NCBI GenBank assembly: GCA_963803295.1
Contig: CAWDMC010000017.1
Span: 6,791-70,790 of the forward strand
Source of the DNA: an uncultured Acidobacteriota bacterium
GTDB lineage: Bacteria > Acidobacteriota > Terriglobia > UBA7540
DNA: 64,000 nucleotides
Direction: 5' to 3'
Shown here: in pieces, positions 47,990 to 58,834 of the stretch
How the letters are laid out: each line of letters opens with the position of its first letter
How positions within the stretch are numbered: the stretch's first letter is position 1
The notes under the pieces: model-generated
What the model was told of the DNA's origin: nothing
Databases searched by the model: none
Seen by the model: the letters and a program-made list of their open reading frames with translations, nothing else
Position numbers and translations under genes: made by a program

Positions 47990-49456
47990 ATGAGTGTTCA
48001 TGCTATCCCGTCGGGGAAAAAGCTGGTGACCCTGATTCCAGGCGACGGCACTGGTCCGGAGCTGATCGAGGCCACCCGCCGGATCATCGAAGCGACCTGC
48101 GTGCCGATCGACTGGGAGGTTCGCCAGGCCGGCGCTAGCATTTTCAAGCAGGGGTTGCCCTCCGGCGTTCCGGCCGAAACCATCGACAGCGTTGCGAAGA
48201 CGCGCGTGGTTCTGAAGGGACCCCTCGAAACCCCCGTCGGCTTTGGCGAGAAGAGCGCCAACGTCACCTTGCGCAAGCTGTTTGAGACCTACGCCAATAT
48301 CCGGCCGGCGCGGGAATTGCCCGGCATCAAGACGCCTTACAGTGGACGCGGCATCGACCTGGTGGTGGTACGCGAGAATGTCGAGGATCTCTACGCTGGC
48401 ATCGAATACATGCAGACCCCCGGCGTGGCCGAGGGCCTGAAGCTGATCTCGCGCAAGGGGTGCGAGAAAATCGTGCGCCTGGCGTTTGAATTCGCCCGGT
48501 CGGAAGGACGCAGGAAGGTCCACTGCGCCACCAAGTCGAACATCATGAAGCTCACCGAAGGCCTGCTGAAGCGCACCTTCGAGCAGATTGCCCAGGAGTA
48601 TCCTGATATCGAGGCGTACCACATCATCGTCGATAACTGCGCCCACCAGTTGGTGAAAAAGCCCGAGCAGTTTGACGTGATCGTCACCACCAACATGAAC
48701 GGCGACATACTGAGCGACCTCTCCTCGGCGCTGATCGGGGGCCTCGGCTTTGCGCCTTCGGCCAACATTGGCAGCGATGTTGCCATCTTCGAGGCCGTCC
48801 ATGGCTCTGCCCCTAAGTATGCCGGCAAGAACCTGGCCAATCCGACGGCGCTTATCTTCACGGGTGTGATGCTGCTGCGGCACCTGAACGAATTCGAGGC
48901 GGCGGCTGCGATTGAGAATGCCGTACTTGTCACGCTCGAGGAAGGGAAGTTCCGCACCGGTGACATCGTGGGCTATGACCGAGGCACTCCGACCAGCGCT
49001 TACGCCGATGCCATCATCGCCAACCTGGGCCGCAAGTCCGAGCACTGGAAGGTGCGGGATCACAAGCCGCTCAAGGTGCCCGAGGTTTCCTCTCGGCCTG
49101 ATTTTGTCACCCCAAAGTCGCGCCGCGTGGTCGGCATAGACCTGTTTGTGGAATCGCCACTGGGTCCGGGCGAGCTTGGCGCGAGCCTGGAGAAGATCGT
49201 CGAGGCGTCGCCGCTCAAACTCAAGATGATCTCGAACCGCGGCACCAAGGTGTATCCGTTCGGCGGTGCCATCACCGATTGCGTGGATGCCTGGTTCTGC
49301 CGCTTCATTCCCCGCAACGGCAATCATGTGGTTAACGACGAAGATGTGCTGGCGCTAGTCCAGCGCGTCGCCGCCCAGCACCACTGGACGCATATCGAGA
49401 AACTACACGAGTTTGACGGTCAGTTGGGATTCACTAAGGCGCAAGGGGAGGATTGA
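47990..49456 (+). CDS. icd: isocitrate dehydrogenase, isocitrate/isopropylmalate dehydrogenase family with C-terminal extension domain
   Basis: LIPGDGTGPE, ANVTLRKLFETYANIRP, VVVRENVEDLYAGIE, TTNMNGDILSDL...GGLGFAPSANIG, FEAVHGSAPKYAGK, plus an additional ~140 aa C-terminal domain. Confidence 0.85.
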   Translation: MSVHAIPSGKKLVTLIPGDGTGPELIEATRRIIEATCVPIDWEVRQAGASIFKQGLPSGVPAETIDSVAKTRVVLKGPLETPVGFGEKSANVTLRKLFETYANIRPARELPGIKTPYSGRGIDLVVVRENVEDLYAGIEYMQTPGVAEGLKLISRKGCEKIVRLAFEFARSEGRRKVHCATKSNIMKLTEGLLKRTFEQIAQEYPDIEAYHIIVDNCAHQLVKKPEQFDVIVTTNMNGDILSDLSSALIGGLGFAPSANIGSDVAIFEAVHGSAPKYAGKNLANPTALIFTGVMLLRHLNEFEAAAAIENAVLVTLEEGKFRTGDIVGYDRGTPTSAYADAIIANLGRKSEHWKVRDHKPLKVPEVSSRPDFVTPKSRRVVGIDLFVESPLGPGELGASLEKIVEASPLKLKMISNRGTKVYPFGGAITDCVDAWFCRFIPRNGNHVVNDEDVLALVQRVAAQHHWTHIEKLHEFDGQLGFTKAQGED

Positions 49457-49660
49457 GGGATGCAGGTGAGTGTGCGTTTGAGTGGCTTAATCGTAGTACC
49501 TCTCAAAGATATGCTCCAAGCGCGCAGTTGAAGTACTCAATAGCGGCGGTTCCGATTCGCATCATCTACAACCAGCTCGAAAGCTGTTCGAATCGTTCGC
49601 GTCTTGCACGGCGCGCGGGCTTACCGGGCTCCTTGTAGAAGAATCTAAGGGAAGGGAAAT

Positions 49661-50182
49661 ATGGCTAAGCCGAAACAGGAATCTACGGAGCATCCACTCG
49701 TTGCCGTGATTATGGGCTCGAAGTCCGACTGGGACACCATGATCCACGCCGTCGAGACGCTGGACGAGCTTGGCATTCCTTCGGAGGTGCGCGTACTCTC
49801 GGCGCACCGGACGCCCGACGCCCTCTTTGAGTACGTCGCTGCCGCGGAGGGCCGTGGAATCGAGGCGATTATCGCCGCCGCAGGCGGTGCCGCACATTTG
49901 GCCGGAGTCACCGCGGCCAAGACTCTACTGCCCGTACTGGGCGTGCCCATGCAGTCGAAAGCACTCAATGGGCTCGATTCGCTGCTCTCGACCGTGCAGA
50001 TGCCGGCCGGGATTCCCGTGGCCACCTTCGCCATCGGCAAGGCGGGCGCGGCGAATGCAGCCCTTTTTGCCGCCCAGATTTTAGCCGCCAGGCACCCTGC
50101 TTATCGCGATGCGCTCGCCCGATACCGGGAAGCGCGGGCTCGAGCGATCCTCGAAAATCCCGATCCTCGGCAGGGAACATAG
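49661..50182 (+). CDS. purE: 5-(carboxyamino)imidazole ribonucleotide mutase
   Basis: PLVAVIMGSKSDWDTM, SAHRTPD, AAGGAAHLAGV, VLGVP. Confidence 0.95.
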   Translation: MAKPKQESTEHPLVAVIMGSKSDWDTMIHAVETLDELGIPSEVRVLSAHRTPDALFEYVAAAEGRGIEAIIAAAGGAAHLAGVTAAKTLLPVLGVPMQSKALNGLDSLLSTVQMPAGIPVATFAIGKAGAANAALFAAQILAARHPAYRDALARYREARARAILENPDPRQGT

Positions 50183-50187
50183 AACAG

Positions 50188-53031
50188 TTAGAAGTGAAAC
50201 CCCACTTCAACCGAAAGGGTTCGGGGAGTCACGTAATGGGTTCCACTGAATGTCGACAGGAAATTATAGAGCGCCGCCTTATTCGTCAAGTTTATCGCTG
50301 ACAAGCGGATGCTCCACTTGTACTTGTCCCCGTTGAAGAGGTTGTCTTGACCCACCGAGAGGTCGAAGAGATGGCGGGGCGCGATGCGAGGCGGGTTGTG
50401 ATCGTCATCTTGGGTGCCGGGCGCAGGGACTTTTACGAGGTTAGACCCATACTGTCCTGCAGGGCATAGGCCGTCCGGGCTAATCGGCATATACGGGGTG
50501 GCAAACACGCTGCCGCAGTGAAGTCCCGCCTGGAACTGTTGATCCGGGGTTATCTCCGACACGTCCACCGCCGTGTCAGTTCCATTCGGTCCGTTGCCGC
50601 AATTACCTCCAGCGCAAGGCACCGGCCCAGCAACCAGACCGCTGTCGTAGCGCCAGTTGAAGCCCACCCAGGGTCCACGCTTCCAGGGTTGGTATTGCAC
50701 GTGAGTCGTCTGATTAAACCGCTCGTCGTGGTCGATGCGGAACACGCCGCTTCCTCCCTGCCCGGCTGGAGTAACGCCGATTCCGCTGACCTGCGGTTGG
50801 AAGAATCGCGCCGCCACGCTGGACATCACTACAAACGCCGTCAAGCCGTGGAAGTTCGGAACACTGGCGCGGATGGCAAAGCCAGGGATTTTCGAGTGAT
50901 CCCACACGATGGGAAAGGTGATGGGGGTGGCGCCCAACACGCTGAAGTCGTAGGCCCCGTGCGTGTATTTCCAAATGTATTCGCCGTCCACCACCAGGTA
51001 CCGTCCGAAAGCCTGCTCGAGACCCGCGTGGTACTCGTTGCGTGTGCCGGGACTCAGCGGGACCGTCAGGCAAGGATAGCCCTGGGTGATCGACATGAGC
51101 GCATTGATCACAGGGTAATTGCATCCATTGCTGGCCAGGACCAGGTTCTCGTTGAACGGCGTCTCGAGGGCGCGAGCATACGAAAACCGCAGCACGGTGT
51201 TCGTTCGCTTGATGTTGTAGGAGACGCCGAGGCGGGGCTCCGCCTCTCTGAAGGTGGTGATGCCATTGTACAGATCGCCCCGAATTCCCAGGTTAAACGT
51301 CCAATTGTTCTTCCTAATGTTGTCCTGGATAAACAGGGCGATCTCTTTAATATCGGAATGCCCGTGGAAGGGGTATAGCCCGCTGGTCGAAGTGGGGCAG
51401 CCGTCCGAGCCCGGCAGGGGCACCGTTCGGGTCAGGTCGTAACAGCCGAGCAGCGGCACAAAGTCCGGATTCGCCTGCAGCGGCGCCGCGCAGTTTGCCG
51501 GATCAGTCAGCCCCGGAATTGTATTCGGGCTGCCGTCGGCATTCGAACAAACGGCGTTAAGGGTCGGATCGACGATCCCAAAGCTATCGTTCTCCGTCAG
51601 AAAGGTGTGCTCGAGCATCACCCCAGCTTTCAAGTCGTGAATGCCCTTCACGTAGGCCACGTCTGCGTGCCCGCCGGTACTCGTGAGCCGGCGCCTCTGG
51701 CCGATCGTCTGAAGCTGAAGATCGGGCGTTAGGTCGGCGAAGGGATTACCGCTGGGGTAGTAGTTGTAGCGATCTTGCCGGACAAAGCCGCCCAGCGTGA
51801 ACACAACATGGGTGTCGATTAAGCGGGTCCAAGTGGGTGCAATGTTAAACGTTTTGATCTGCGAACGCTGGTCGGTAGGGCCTACAGGAAGGCCGTTCGG
51901 TCCAAGGCCTCCGCTGTCGACCACGAGCCCGGACCATGCGCCGGCGTTTTGAGCGTCGAACGGGTTGGGAGTCTGGAACCAGGACCGGGTAAACTGCAAG
52001 TTCACATTCACCGTGTCGGCCTGGGAGGGCTTGAAGTCGACGCGGTCGAAGAGGTTCTGCTGATTGCCCTTGGCGTGCATGACGGTGAACTCCGGCGGGT
52101 CGAGAAACCGGCTGGTGTTCAAACCGTTGGCGGAAACGAAGTTGCCCCACGACTTTCCTCCGTAACCGAAGTCGAATCCCGCGTTCGTCGTCCCAAACGT
52201 CCCGTAAGATGCAGTCACGTCGCCATGCGGCTGACTCTCCCCAAGGCCTGAACGCGTAGTTGCGACGATGACCAGACTGGTTTTGTCGCCATACTCCGCA
52301 GGAGGAGCGCCCTGGATCACCTCCATCGACTGCACGGCATCTATCGGAAGTTGATTGGAGAAGACTTTGCTTTGCTGATCGGTGATCGGCTGGCCGTCGA
52401 CCGAGAACGAGTTTTCCGCGTGATCACCCATTCCGTGGAAGAGGCCATTGGAATCTGCTGCGATACCCGGCGCGGCCAGCGTCACCAGGGAACTCAGCGA
52501 TGAAGATTGGCTTTCCAGGGGAAGCTTGTCAAACAACGCCCGGTCCACGTCCGTATGCGTCGTGGGATCAAGCTCGATCAGATCTCCGGCTTCGCTGGTG
52601 ACGGTCACCGTGGTCTTCCCGCCGGCCAATTGCATGGCGATATTTAAGCTAACGGGAACCGCCGAGTTGACCTGAACATCCTGCGTGAACTCGGCAAATC
52701 CGGTCGCGGTGACCGTCAGGTGATAGGGGTTAAAGGGTACGTTGCCGAAGCTGAAGGCACCCGCGCTGTCGGTCGTGGCAGTGCGTGTAAAACCGCTCAC
52801 AGGATTGTAGATGGTGACGGTCGCGCCTGCGACGGATGCGTGGGAGGGGTCAGTTACCGTACCGGTGAGTCCGCCCGCGCGGCCGAGGGTCTGAGCCGCT
52901 GCAACCCCAGGATGGGCCAGTAGGTAAAAGCAAAGAGCCTGAGCGAACCATAAGAGCTGGCGCGGCCGGGCGCGGCCAGGACGGTTTGGGCGAGGTGAGC
53001 GCGACGAGCTTGCGAATGCAGTAGGGTCCAT
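50188..53031 (-). CDS. TonB-dependent receptor with N-terminal carboxypeptidase-regulatory-like domain
   Basis: Signal peptide, then LTGTVTDPSHASVAGATVTIYNP...TDSAGAFSFGNVPFNPYHLTV, plug-like region, long beta-barrel ending in VEVGFHF (terminal aromatic). Confidence 0.88.
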   Translation of the reverse strand: MDPTAFASSSRSPRPNRPGRARPRQLLWFAQALCFYLLAHPGVAAAQTLGRAGGLTGTVTDPSHASVAGATVTIYNPVSGFTRTATTDSAGAFSFGNVPFNPYHLTVTATGFAEFTQDVQVNSAVPVSLNIAMQLAGGKTTVTVTSEAGDLIELDPTTHTDVDRALFDKLPLESQSSSLSSLVTLAAPGIAADSNGLFHGMGDHAENSFSVDGQPITDQQSKVFSNQLPIDAVQSMEVIQGAPPAEYGDKTSLVIVATTRSGLGESQPHGDVTASYGTFGTTNAGFDFGYGGKSWGNFVSANGLNTSRFLDPPEFTVMHAKGNQQNLFDRVDFKPSQADTVNVNLQFTRSWFQTPNPFDAQNAGAWSGLVVDSGGLGPNGLPVGPTDQRSQIKTFNIAPTWTRLIDTHVVFTLGGFVRQDRYNYYPSGNPFADLTPDLQLQTIGQRRRLTSTGGHADVAYVKGIHDLKAGVMLEHTFLTENDSFGIVDPTLNAVCSNADGSPNTIPGLTDPANCAAPLQANPDFVPLLGCYDLTRTVPLPGSDGCPTSTSGLYPFHGHSDIKEIALFIQDNIRKNNWTFNLGIRGDLYNGITTFREAEPRLGVSYNIKRTNTVLRFSYARALETPFNENLVLASNGCNYPVINALMSITQGYPCLTVPLSPGTRNEYHAGLEQAFGRYLVVDGEYIWKYTHGAYDFSVLGATPITFPIVWDHSKIPGFAIRASVPNFHGLTAFVVMSSVAARFFQPQVSGIGVTPAGQGGSGVFRIDHDERFNQTTHVQYQPWKRGPWVGFNWRYDSGLVAGPVPCAGGNCGNGPNGTDTAVDVSEITPDQQFQAGLHCGSVFATPYMPISPDGLCPAGQYGSNLVKVPAPGTQDDDHNPPRIAPRHLFDLSVGQDNLFNGDKYKWSIRLSAINLTNKAALYNFLSTFSGTHYVTPRTLSVEVGFHF

Positions 53032-53847
53032 GAATTCTCCTTGGTGGCAAAGTTTGCTGGTCCGCCTGTCTCGGCGGCGTTGGTAGAGGCGGCTTGAGGG
53101 CCTCGCGGACTAGCGGCCCGACTTGAGCCTTCAGGAACTACAACGGTGGGCTCATTCGAAACCGTGGCCAGCCAGACACCTAGGCCAGTTCAGCAGATTG
53201 CCAGAAAGGAAAAGGAGGATCGCGACCGGCGAGACTGAGGTGAGAGATAAGGGAATGGTCAAGCGTGCCTGCAACGACGAGGCGCGGAGCGCGAGGCGCC
53301 CGGAAGTACACCACACTGACGGTGGTTGGGTGCACCGCCGTGTGACGTGCGATGCGGCAGGCAAGGCAGACCGGGTTCGAATCGGGTGGCGTAACCTGCC
53401 AGGAAAGCTGGTGGGAACTTTGATCTGCGCCGGCGAAGTCATCGCCCGCGTCAAGGTGATGGTGAAGCTGCAGGATGAAGAAGAGATGAACCTGCAGGAG
53501 CGCGGCGAGCCATGTGGTGGCAAGATGCAGCTTGCGGCTCCGGGATTGGGTTCTATCACTCAAGACTACCTGCCTAAGGCAACATCGTCGATCACCAGCA
53601 CTATCATGCACGATCCATCCATTCAGTATAAGCCGAATACAGACGTTGGAGAATCCAAAGATCCTGGAGACCCAAGCTGAGGTTCACTGAAGCTTGCGAA
53701 TCCAGTTGCGTAACTCTTGCAGCCATTGCGTGCGCCTTAGCGATGCACTACGTTCAACGATGAAACGGGAATGCCCACCCTCAAAGCCCGCACTTACTGG
53801 AGCAAACGGAGTGCCGGCGTCAGTTCGCTACCTGAGGGGATCTAGTC

Positions 53848-54414
53848 TTAGGCGTTAACGACTTCGGTATCCATGAAGTAGTAGCAGATCATGTGGCAGA
53901 CGATCATGTGGGCATCTTCGATGCGGCCCATGTGGGGCACCGGCACCTGAATATTGAGCTCCGCCAGCGGACCGAGTTTGCCGCCGTTGCGTCCCGTCAG
54001 GGCGATAGTCCGGCATCCGACGGTGTTAGCGTACTCGATGGCGCGCAGCACGTTGGGCGAATTTCCCGAGCCGCTGATTCCCATGAACAGGTCGCCAGGT
54101 TCGGCGAAGTTCTTCAGTTGCTCGACGAACACGCATTCGTAGCTCACGTCGTTGGCGTAGGCGGTGAGGGTGGGGAGTTGATCCGTAAAGGCCATGATGC
54201 GGAACCTTGAGTCCCGGTTGAAGCTCGCACCCTTCACCATATCGCAGGCAAAGTGCGAAGCCGTGGAAGCGCTCCCGCCGTTGCCGCATACAAAAATCCG
54301 ACGCTGGTTGGCGCGCGCGTCCTTAAAAAGCTCGATGGCCCTGTCGACCTTTTCCAGATCAATGCTATCGATGGTTTCGAGAAGATGGGTTCTATAATCT
54401 GTCGTAAAATTCAT
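53848..54414 (-). CDS. SIS-domain protein, phosphoheptose-isomerase (GmhA)-like
   Basis: RIFVCGNGGSASTASHFACD, GDLFMGISGSGNSPNV. Overlaps the upstream ROK gene stop by 4 nt. Confidence 0.8.
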   Translation of the reverse strand: MNFTTDYRTHLLETIDSIDLEKVDRAIELFKDARANQRRIFVCGNGGSASTASHFACDMVKGASFNRDSRFRIMAFTDQLPTLTAYANDVSYECVFVEQLKNFAEPGDLFMGISGSGNSPNVLRAIEYANTVGCRTIALTGRNGGKLGPLAELNIQVPVPHMGRIEDAHMIVCHMICYYFMDTEVVNA

Positions 54415-55262
54415 AGTTTTTTCGCTAGTTCGAGCGCTCCATAAAGTACGCTATCGTCGCCGAGGGCCGCGGGCACCACGTCGATACGCGCGCCGGACCA
54501 GGAGGTGATCCGCTGGCGCAATTCCGTCCGCAGGGGTCCGAACAACTTCTCGCCGGCCTTGGGGATGCCGCCCCCGATCACGATGCGTGCCGGGTTCAAT
54601 ATCATGATACACGCCTTAAGACCGAGAGCAAGATCAATCACGTAGCGGCGGACGAAGTCGGGGTCCTCAATTAGCTCCTTGGCGGTCTTGCCGTAATCGT
54701 GTTCGAGCCATAAGCCGGAGCACATGCGCTCGAAACAGCCGTTAGCGCCGCACAGACACTCGGGTCCGTCAGGACGGATGGTCATGTGGCCCAGTTCGCC
54801 GCCATAGGAATCGGCGCCTCGCCAGATCCTGCCGTCTTCGTAAATGCCGCCGCCGATGCCGGTGGAGAGTGTCATGTAGAAGAGGGGGGAACAGCCTCTA
54901 CCTGCGCCATGAAGAGCTTCGCCGAGCGCGCCGACGTTGGCGTCGTTGTCCATAATGGTGGGAATGCCGAGCAGTTCTTTCAGATACGACGTCAGGCGGA
55001 AGTCGCGCCAGCCGCCCACGTGCGTGGAGAGGGCGATACGCTGCTCGGCGAAAATCACCGGACCGCCGAAGCCGACACCGCAGCGTCCGAGTTGTATCTC
55101 GCCCTGCCACTGGTGAGCCAGTTCGCTGATCTGCTGCAGCATCCAGTCTTTGCCACCTTCCTTGTCGGTGGCGCGAGACTCCCGGCGAATCATGCGATCC
55201 TGCCCGTCGAAGATGGCCATGGAGAATTTCGTGCCGCCGATGTCGATCGCCAGCGTATTCAT
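54411..55262 (-). CDS. ROK family sugar kinase
   Basis: LAIDIGGTKFS, GVGFGGPV, GGELGHM, and Zn-Cys motif CLCGANGCFE. Confidence 0.85.
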   Translation of the reverse strand: MNTLAIDIGGTKFSMAIFDGQDRMIRRESRATDKEGGKDWMLQQISELAHQWQGEIQLGRCGVGFGGPVIFAEQRIALSTHVGGWRDFRLTSYLKELLGIPTIMDNDANVGALGEALHGAGRGCSPLFYMTLSTGIGGGIYEDGRIWRGADSYGGELGHMTIRPDGPECLCGANGCFERMCSGLWLEHDYGKTAKELIEDPDFVRRYVIDLALGLKACIMILNPARIVIGGGIPKAGEKLFGPLRTELRQRITSWSGARIDVVPAALGDDSVLYGALELAKKL

Positions 55263-55576
55263 TTTGGGTAGCTGTCCTCCAGGTCGGCCTTGGGCAACAG
55301 GATATCGGGCCTTCGGGTGCTTGGCGCCGAGTCGCCTACTATACTCGAAACTGCCGAGAACGGAAAGGCCAGGGAGCGGAGGTTTAAGTCCTTAGAATTG
55401 CATCTTCGGTGAAGCCGCTGTATCCTTAATTTACCCGATAGACTTTCGAAACCGCGGCAGAGTGGAGATAGTGCTAGGTTCCCGAGCCGCAAGGAGACTT
55501 TCGGAGCGCACCCCGCCTGCGACGCCGTCAGGTAATCTGCGCCATCCCGCAATCCTACAGCAGGGAGTTGCCAAGC

Positions 55577-58573
55577 ATGAAGGGTCCCATTCCTGCCAAC
55601 GAAGCGGAGCGGCTGGCGGCGTTGCGTCGATACCGCATCCTCGACACGCTTCCTGAACAGGACTTCAATGATCTGACCTCATTGGCTGCGCGCATCTGCG
55701 AAACGCCCACGGCGTCGGTTACCTTGGTCGATGCCGAGCGCCAGTGGTTCAAAGCGAAAGTCGGCATGGAAGCAACGGAGACTCCCCGCGATCTCGCCTT
55801 TTGCGCGCATGCTATCTTGCAATCAGATCTGCTGATAGTACCGGATGCCTCTGCCGACGCGCGCTTTTCGACCAACCCTTTGGTAACGGGTCCACCTCAC
55901 ATCCGCTTTTACGCCGGAGCCCCCTTGATCACACCGGATGGATATGCCCTGGGGACGCTGTGTGTGATTGATGTAGTGCCGCACGACCTGACAGCGGGGC
56001 AGGCCAACGCGCTCCAGGCACTGGGTCGCCAGGTGGTAGCCCAACTGGAGCTGCGAAGGGCGCGGGCCGATCAGGAATCTGAGTTACAGAAAACCGAGGA
56101 ACGATGGCGGGCCGTTTTTGACAAATCGGCGATCGGCGTCGCCTTGACGGACGACAAAGGCCGCTTCCTCGCCGTGAATTCTGCTTACGAGAAAATGCTG
56201 GGCTATACCGAGGAAGAGCTGCGGAAGCTCTCGTTTTGGGATGTTACTCCGGAGGAATTCCGACCAGCCAACCGGACGCTCGCGGGCGAGATGTGGACGG
56301 GAAACCGCCAACAGTATGAGCTCGAAAAGCCGTATCGACGCAAGGATGGAAGTCTGATTTGGGTGAGACTCCACGCCTCTCTTGTATCGGGCACGGGTAG
56401 TATGCCACTACTTGGCCTGGCGCTCTGCGAAGATATCACGGAGCGCAAGCGAGCCGAAGAGGCACTGCGCAAGAGTGAGGGATGGAGTCGTACTCTGCTC
56501 GAGATCAACAACGCCATAATTACGAATCTCTCGGAAGAAGCCCTGCTGCGCTCGGTCGCCGAGGCGCTGCATCGAGTGGTGCGGTTTGAGCGCGCGGCTA
56601 TGACGCTTTACCAGCCTGACAAGGATGTCTTTCGATTTGTGGCCATTGAGGGTAGTTCCTCCTCCGATTACTTCCGGCCTGGTCTTGAGATCAATCCGCA
56701 GGAAAGCAGTGTCGGATGGGTGTTTCATCATCACCGGCACATTCTCCGGCGCGACCTCAACCAGGAGCAGCAGTACACGAACGAGCGGCGCCTCGCGCAG
56801 GAGGGCATGCGATCTCATTGCGTAGTCCCGCTGATTGTACGCGGAAGGAGTATCGGCACCCTCAACGTGGCCAGCAGTGCACCCGACCAGTACTCCGAGG
56901 AAGTGGCAATATTTTTGCAAGAAGTCGCTAATCAGGTTGCGCTGGCTGTCGAGAACATGAGATCGTACGAGGAAATCGCATCCTTGAATACAAGGGTCGC
57001 TCTGACGGCCGACCGCCTTAGGATCCTCCTACAGATCAATAACGCCCTGATCATGAATCTGTCCGAGGAAACGCTCCTGCGTGCTGTTGCCGAGGCAATT
57101 CGCCGGGTGGTACCCTTCGACGGAACTGCCCTGACGCTGTATCTTCCGGAAAAAGATGCATTTCGATACTTGGCTGCCGCTAGCCGCTTCACTTCAGATT
57201 ATTTCCGGGCGGGAATCGAGTTCGATCGCAAGGCAAGCATTTCAGGGTGGGTTTTCGATCATCAGCGGCCCGTAGTTCGCCAAGATCTTGAGAAAGAGCA
57301 GCAATATGCGAACGATCGACAACTGGTCGCGGACGGCGTGAGGTCGGACTGCATTGTCCCTCTGATTGCGCGGGGAACTAGCATCGGTACCCTCAACGTC
57401 GGAAGCACAACCAAGAACCAGTACTCCAAGGCGGACGCGGAGTTTTTGCAGGAAGTCGCCAATCAGATTGCGCTGGCCTTCGAGAACATGAAATCGCATG
57501 AAGAGATTGCGACGCTGAAGGCCAGGCTGGAGAAAGAGAACGTTTACCTCCAGGATGAGATCCGCGCCGAGCACAACTTCGAAGAGATTGTGGGCAACAG
57601 CCCCGCGCTGCTCCAAGTGCTCCGCAAGGTCGAGCAGGTTGCCCCAACCGACTCTACCGTGCTCATCTGCGGCGAGACCGGGACCGGAAAGGAACTGATC
57701 GCGCGGGCGATCCACGACCTCAGCGGGCGCAAGAGCCGTCCGCTAGTGAAGGTGAATTGCAGTGCCATCTCGGCGGGCTTGGTTGAGAGCGAGTTATTCG
57801 GTCACGTCAAGGGAGCTTTTACCGGCGCGCATGAGCGTCACATTGGCCGGTTTGAAGTGGCCGACAGCGGCACGATCTTCCTCGATGAAATCGGCGAGTT
57901 GCCCCTCGAGACACAAGTCAAGCTGCTGCGTGTTCTCCAGGAGCGCGAGTTCGACCCGGTGGGCAGTAACCGGCCCGTGCGCGTGGACGTGCGGGTCATC
58001 GCGGCTACGAACCGAGATCTTGAGGAGTGCATTCAGGCCGGCCGCTTCCGCTCTGATTTGTTCTATCGTCTGAACGTTTTCCCCTTGGAAGTGCCCCCTT
58101 TGCGGGACCGTCGTTCCGACATCCCTCAACTGGTGACATTCTGTCTGTCGCGTTTTTCGAAGAAGTTCGGCAAGAAGGTGGAGACCATTTCCCAGGAGAC
58201 GATGGAAAGGTTAATGAACTATCCATGGCCAGGCAACGTCCGAGAGCTGCAGAATGTTATCGAGCGCGCGGTGATTCTATCACCCGGCCCTAGTCTTTTG
58301 CTGGAGCAGGAACTCCCGTCAGGACCCTCCCTTGGAAGTGACACGCATAAGCTTGACGTACTTGGTCAGACGCCTCCGCCGGAAAGTTCTGACACCCGGC
58401 TCCCCACTTTGGCGGAGGTAGAGTGCAGTCACATCCTCGCCGCCCTTCAGCAGACCGGTGGTGTGATTGAGGGGCAAAAGGGCGCAGCGAAAATCCTGAA
58501 CGTTCATCCCAACACTCTCCGCCATAGGATCCAGAAGCTGGGGATCAGGCGCCCCGGCTACCACCAGCGGTAG
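55577..58573 (+). CDS. sigma-54-dependent transcriptional activator, GAF-PAS-GAF-GAF-AAA+-HTH (no receiver domain)
   Basis: N-terminal GAF ([18 protein letters not shown]), PAS ([39 protein letters not shown]), and two paralogous GAF modules. The AAA+ domain has [30 protein letters not shown] and IFLDEIGE. C-terminal Fis-type HTH ([21 protein letters not shown]). Confidence 0.92.
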   Translation: MKGPIPANEAERLAALRRYRILDTLPEQDFNDLTSLAARICETPTASVTLVDAERQWFKAKVGMEATETPRDLAFCAHAILQSDLLIVPDASADARFSTNPLVTGPPHIRFYAGAPLITPDGYALGTLCVIDVVPHDLTAGQANALQALGRQVVAQLELRRARADQESELQKTEERWRAVFDKSAIGVALTDDKGRFLAVNSAYEKMLGYTEEELRKLSFWDVTPEEFRPANRTLAGEMWTGNRQQYELEKPYRRKDGSLIWVRLHASLVSGTGSMPLLGLALCEDITERKRAEEALRKSEGWSRTLLEINNAIITNLSEEALLRSVAEALHRVVRFERAAMTLYQPDKDVFRFVAIEGSSSSDYFRPGLEINPQESSVGWVFHHHRHILRRDLNQEQQYTNERRLAQEGMRSHCVVPLIVRGRSIGTLNVASSAPDQYSEEVAIFLQEVANQVALAVENMRSYEEIASLNTRVALTADRLRILLQINNALIMNLSEETLLRAVAEAIRRVVPFDGTALTLYLPEKDAFRYLAAASRFTSDYFRAGIEFDRKASISGWVFDHQRPVVRQDLEKEQQYANDRQLVADGVRSDCIVPLIARGTSIGTLNVGSTTKNQYSKADAEFLQEVANQIALAFENMKSHEEIATLKARLEKENVYLQDEIRAEHNFEEIVGNSPALLQVLRKVEQVAPTDSTVLICGETGTGKELIARAIHDLSGRKSRPLVKVNCSAISAGLVESELFGHVKGAFTGAHERHIGRFEVADSGTIFLDEIGELPLETQVKLLRVLQEREFDPVGSNRPVRVDVRVIAATNRDLEECIQAGRFRSDLFYRLNVFPLEVPPLRDRRSDIPQLVTFCLSRFSKKFGKKVETISQETMERLMNYPWPGNVRELQNVIERAVILSPGPSLLLEQELPSGPSLGSDTHKLDVLGQTPPPESSDTRLPTLAEVECSHILAALQQTGGVIEGQKGAAKILNVHPNTLRHRIQKLGIRRPGYHQR
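56497..57529 (+). repeat. tandem duplication of a GAF-coding module (period 531 nt) within the activator gene
   Basis: atcaacaacgcc at 56504 aligns with atcaataacgcc at 57035. The protein copies share LxINNAxIxNLSEExLLRxVAEA, SDYFRxG, GWVF, QQYxNxR, CxVPLIxRGxSIGTLNV, QYS, [25 protein letters not shown]. Confidence 0.85.
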
Positions 58574-58722
58574 TTCCGCCACCACATATAATGGCCACTC
58601 TACCGAACGGGTGCCTTGTGAGGTGACGCTTGTGCCGAGAGATTTCCTCGCTAGCGTCCGGCGAATTTCAAGTTCGCGAAACCAAGCCCGCAGAGCGCAA
58701 CGTAATTCATTGACCCATTAGA

Positions 58723-58744
58723 AGATCTTATTCGCCTAAGATCT
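58723..58744. promoter_or_regulatory. inverted repeat AGATCTTA-N6-TAAGATCT, candidate activator binding site (UAS)
   Basis: Perfect 8-bp arms at 58723-58730 and 58737-58744. The repeat centre lies about 87 nt upstream of the candidate -24 element. Confidence 0.3.
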
Positions 58745-58818
58745 CTGCCGGAGAAAACCGCCCGCCGGAATCTCCTCACCGACCATAGCTGAAGTCACGG
58801 TAGGACGCCTGAAGAGAA

Positions 58819-58834
58819 TGGCATCGCACCTGCT
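58819..58834 (+). promoter_or_regulatory. candidate sigma-54 (-24/-12) promoter upstream of the STAS gene
   Basis: TGGCAT-CGCAC-CTGCT against consensus TGGCAC-N5-TTGCW, with correct GG/GC spacing. It lies 33 nt upstream of ATG 58867, with a GAGGA RBS in between, and directly downstream of a sigma-54 activator gene. Confidence 0.35.

Noticed and set aside
47921-49327. 468-aa ORF on the minus strand
   Set aside because: It lies entirely antisense to the well-supported isocitrate dehydrogenase gene, has Arg/Gly/Ala/His-rich low-complexity composition, and shows no recognisable motif. This is a typical shadow ORF of high-GC DNA.
53373-53383. GGGTTCGAATC, resembling a tRNA T-loop
   Set aside because: The flanking bases pair for only 3 bp and no other tRNA arms are present.
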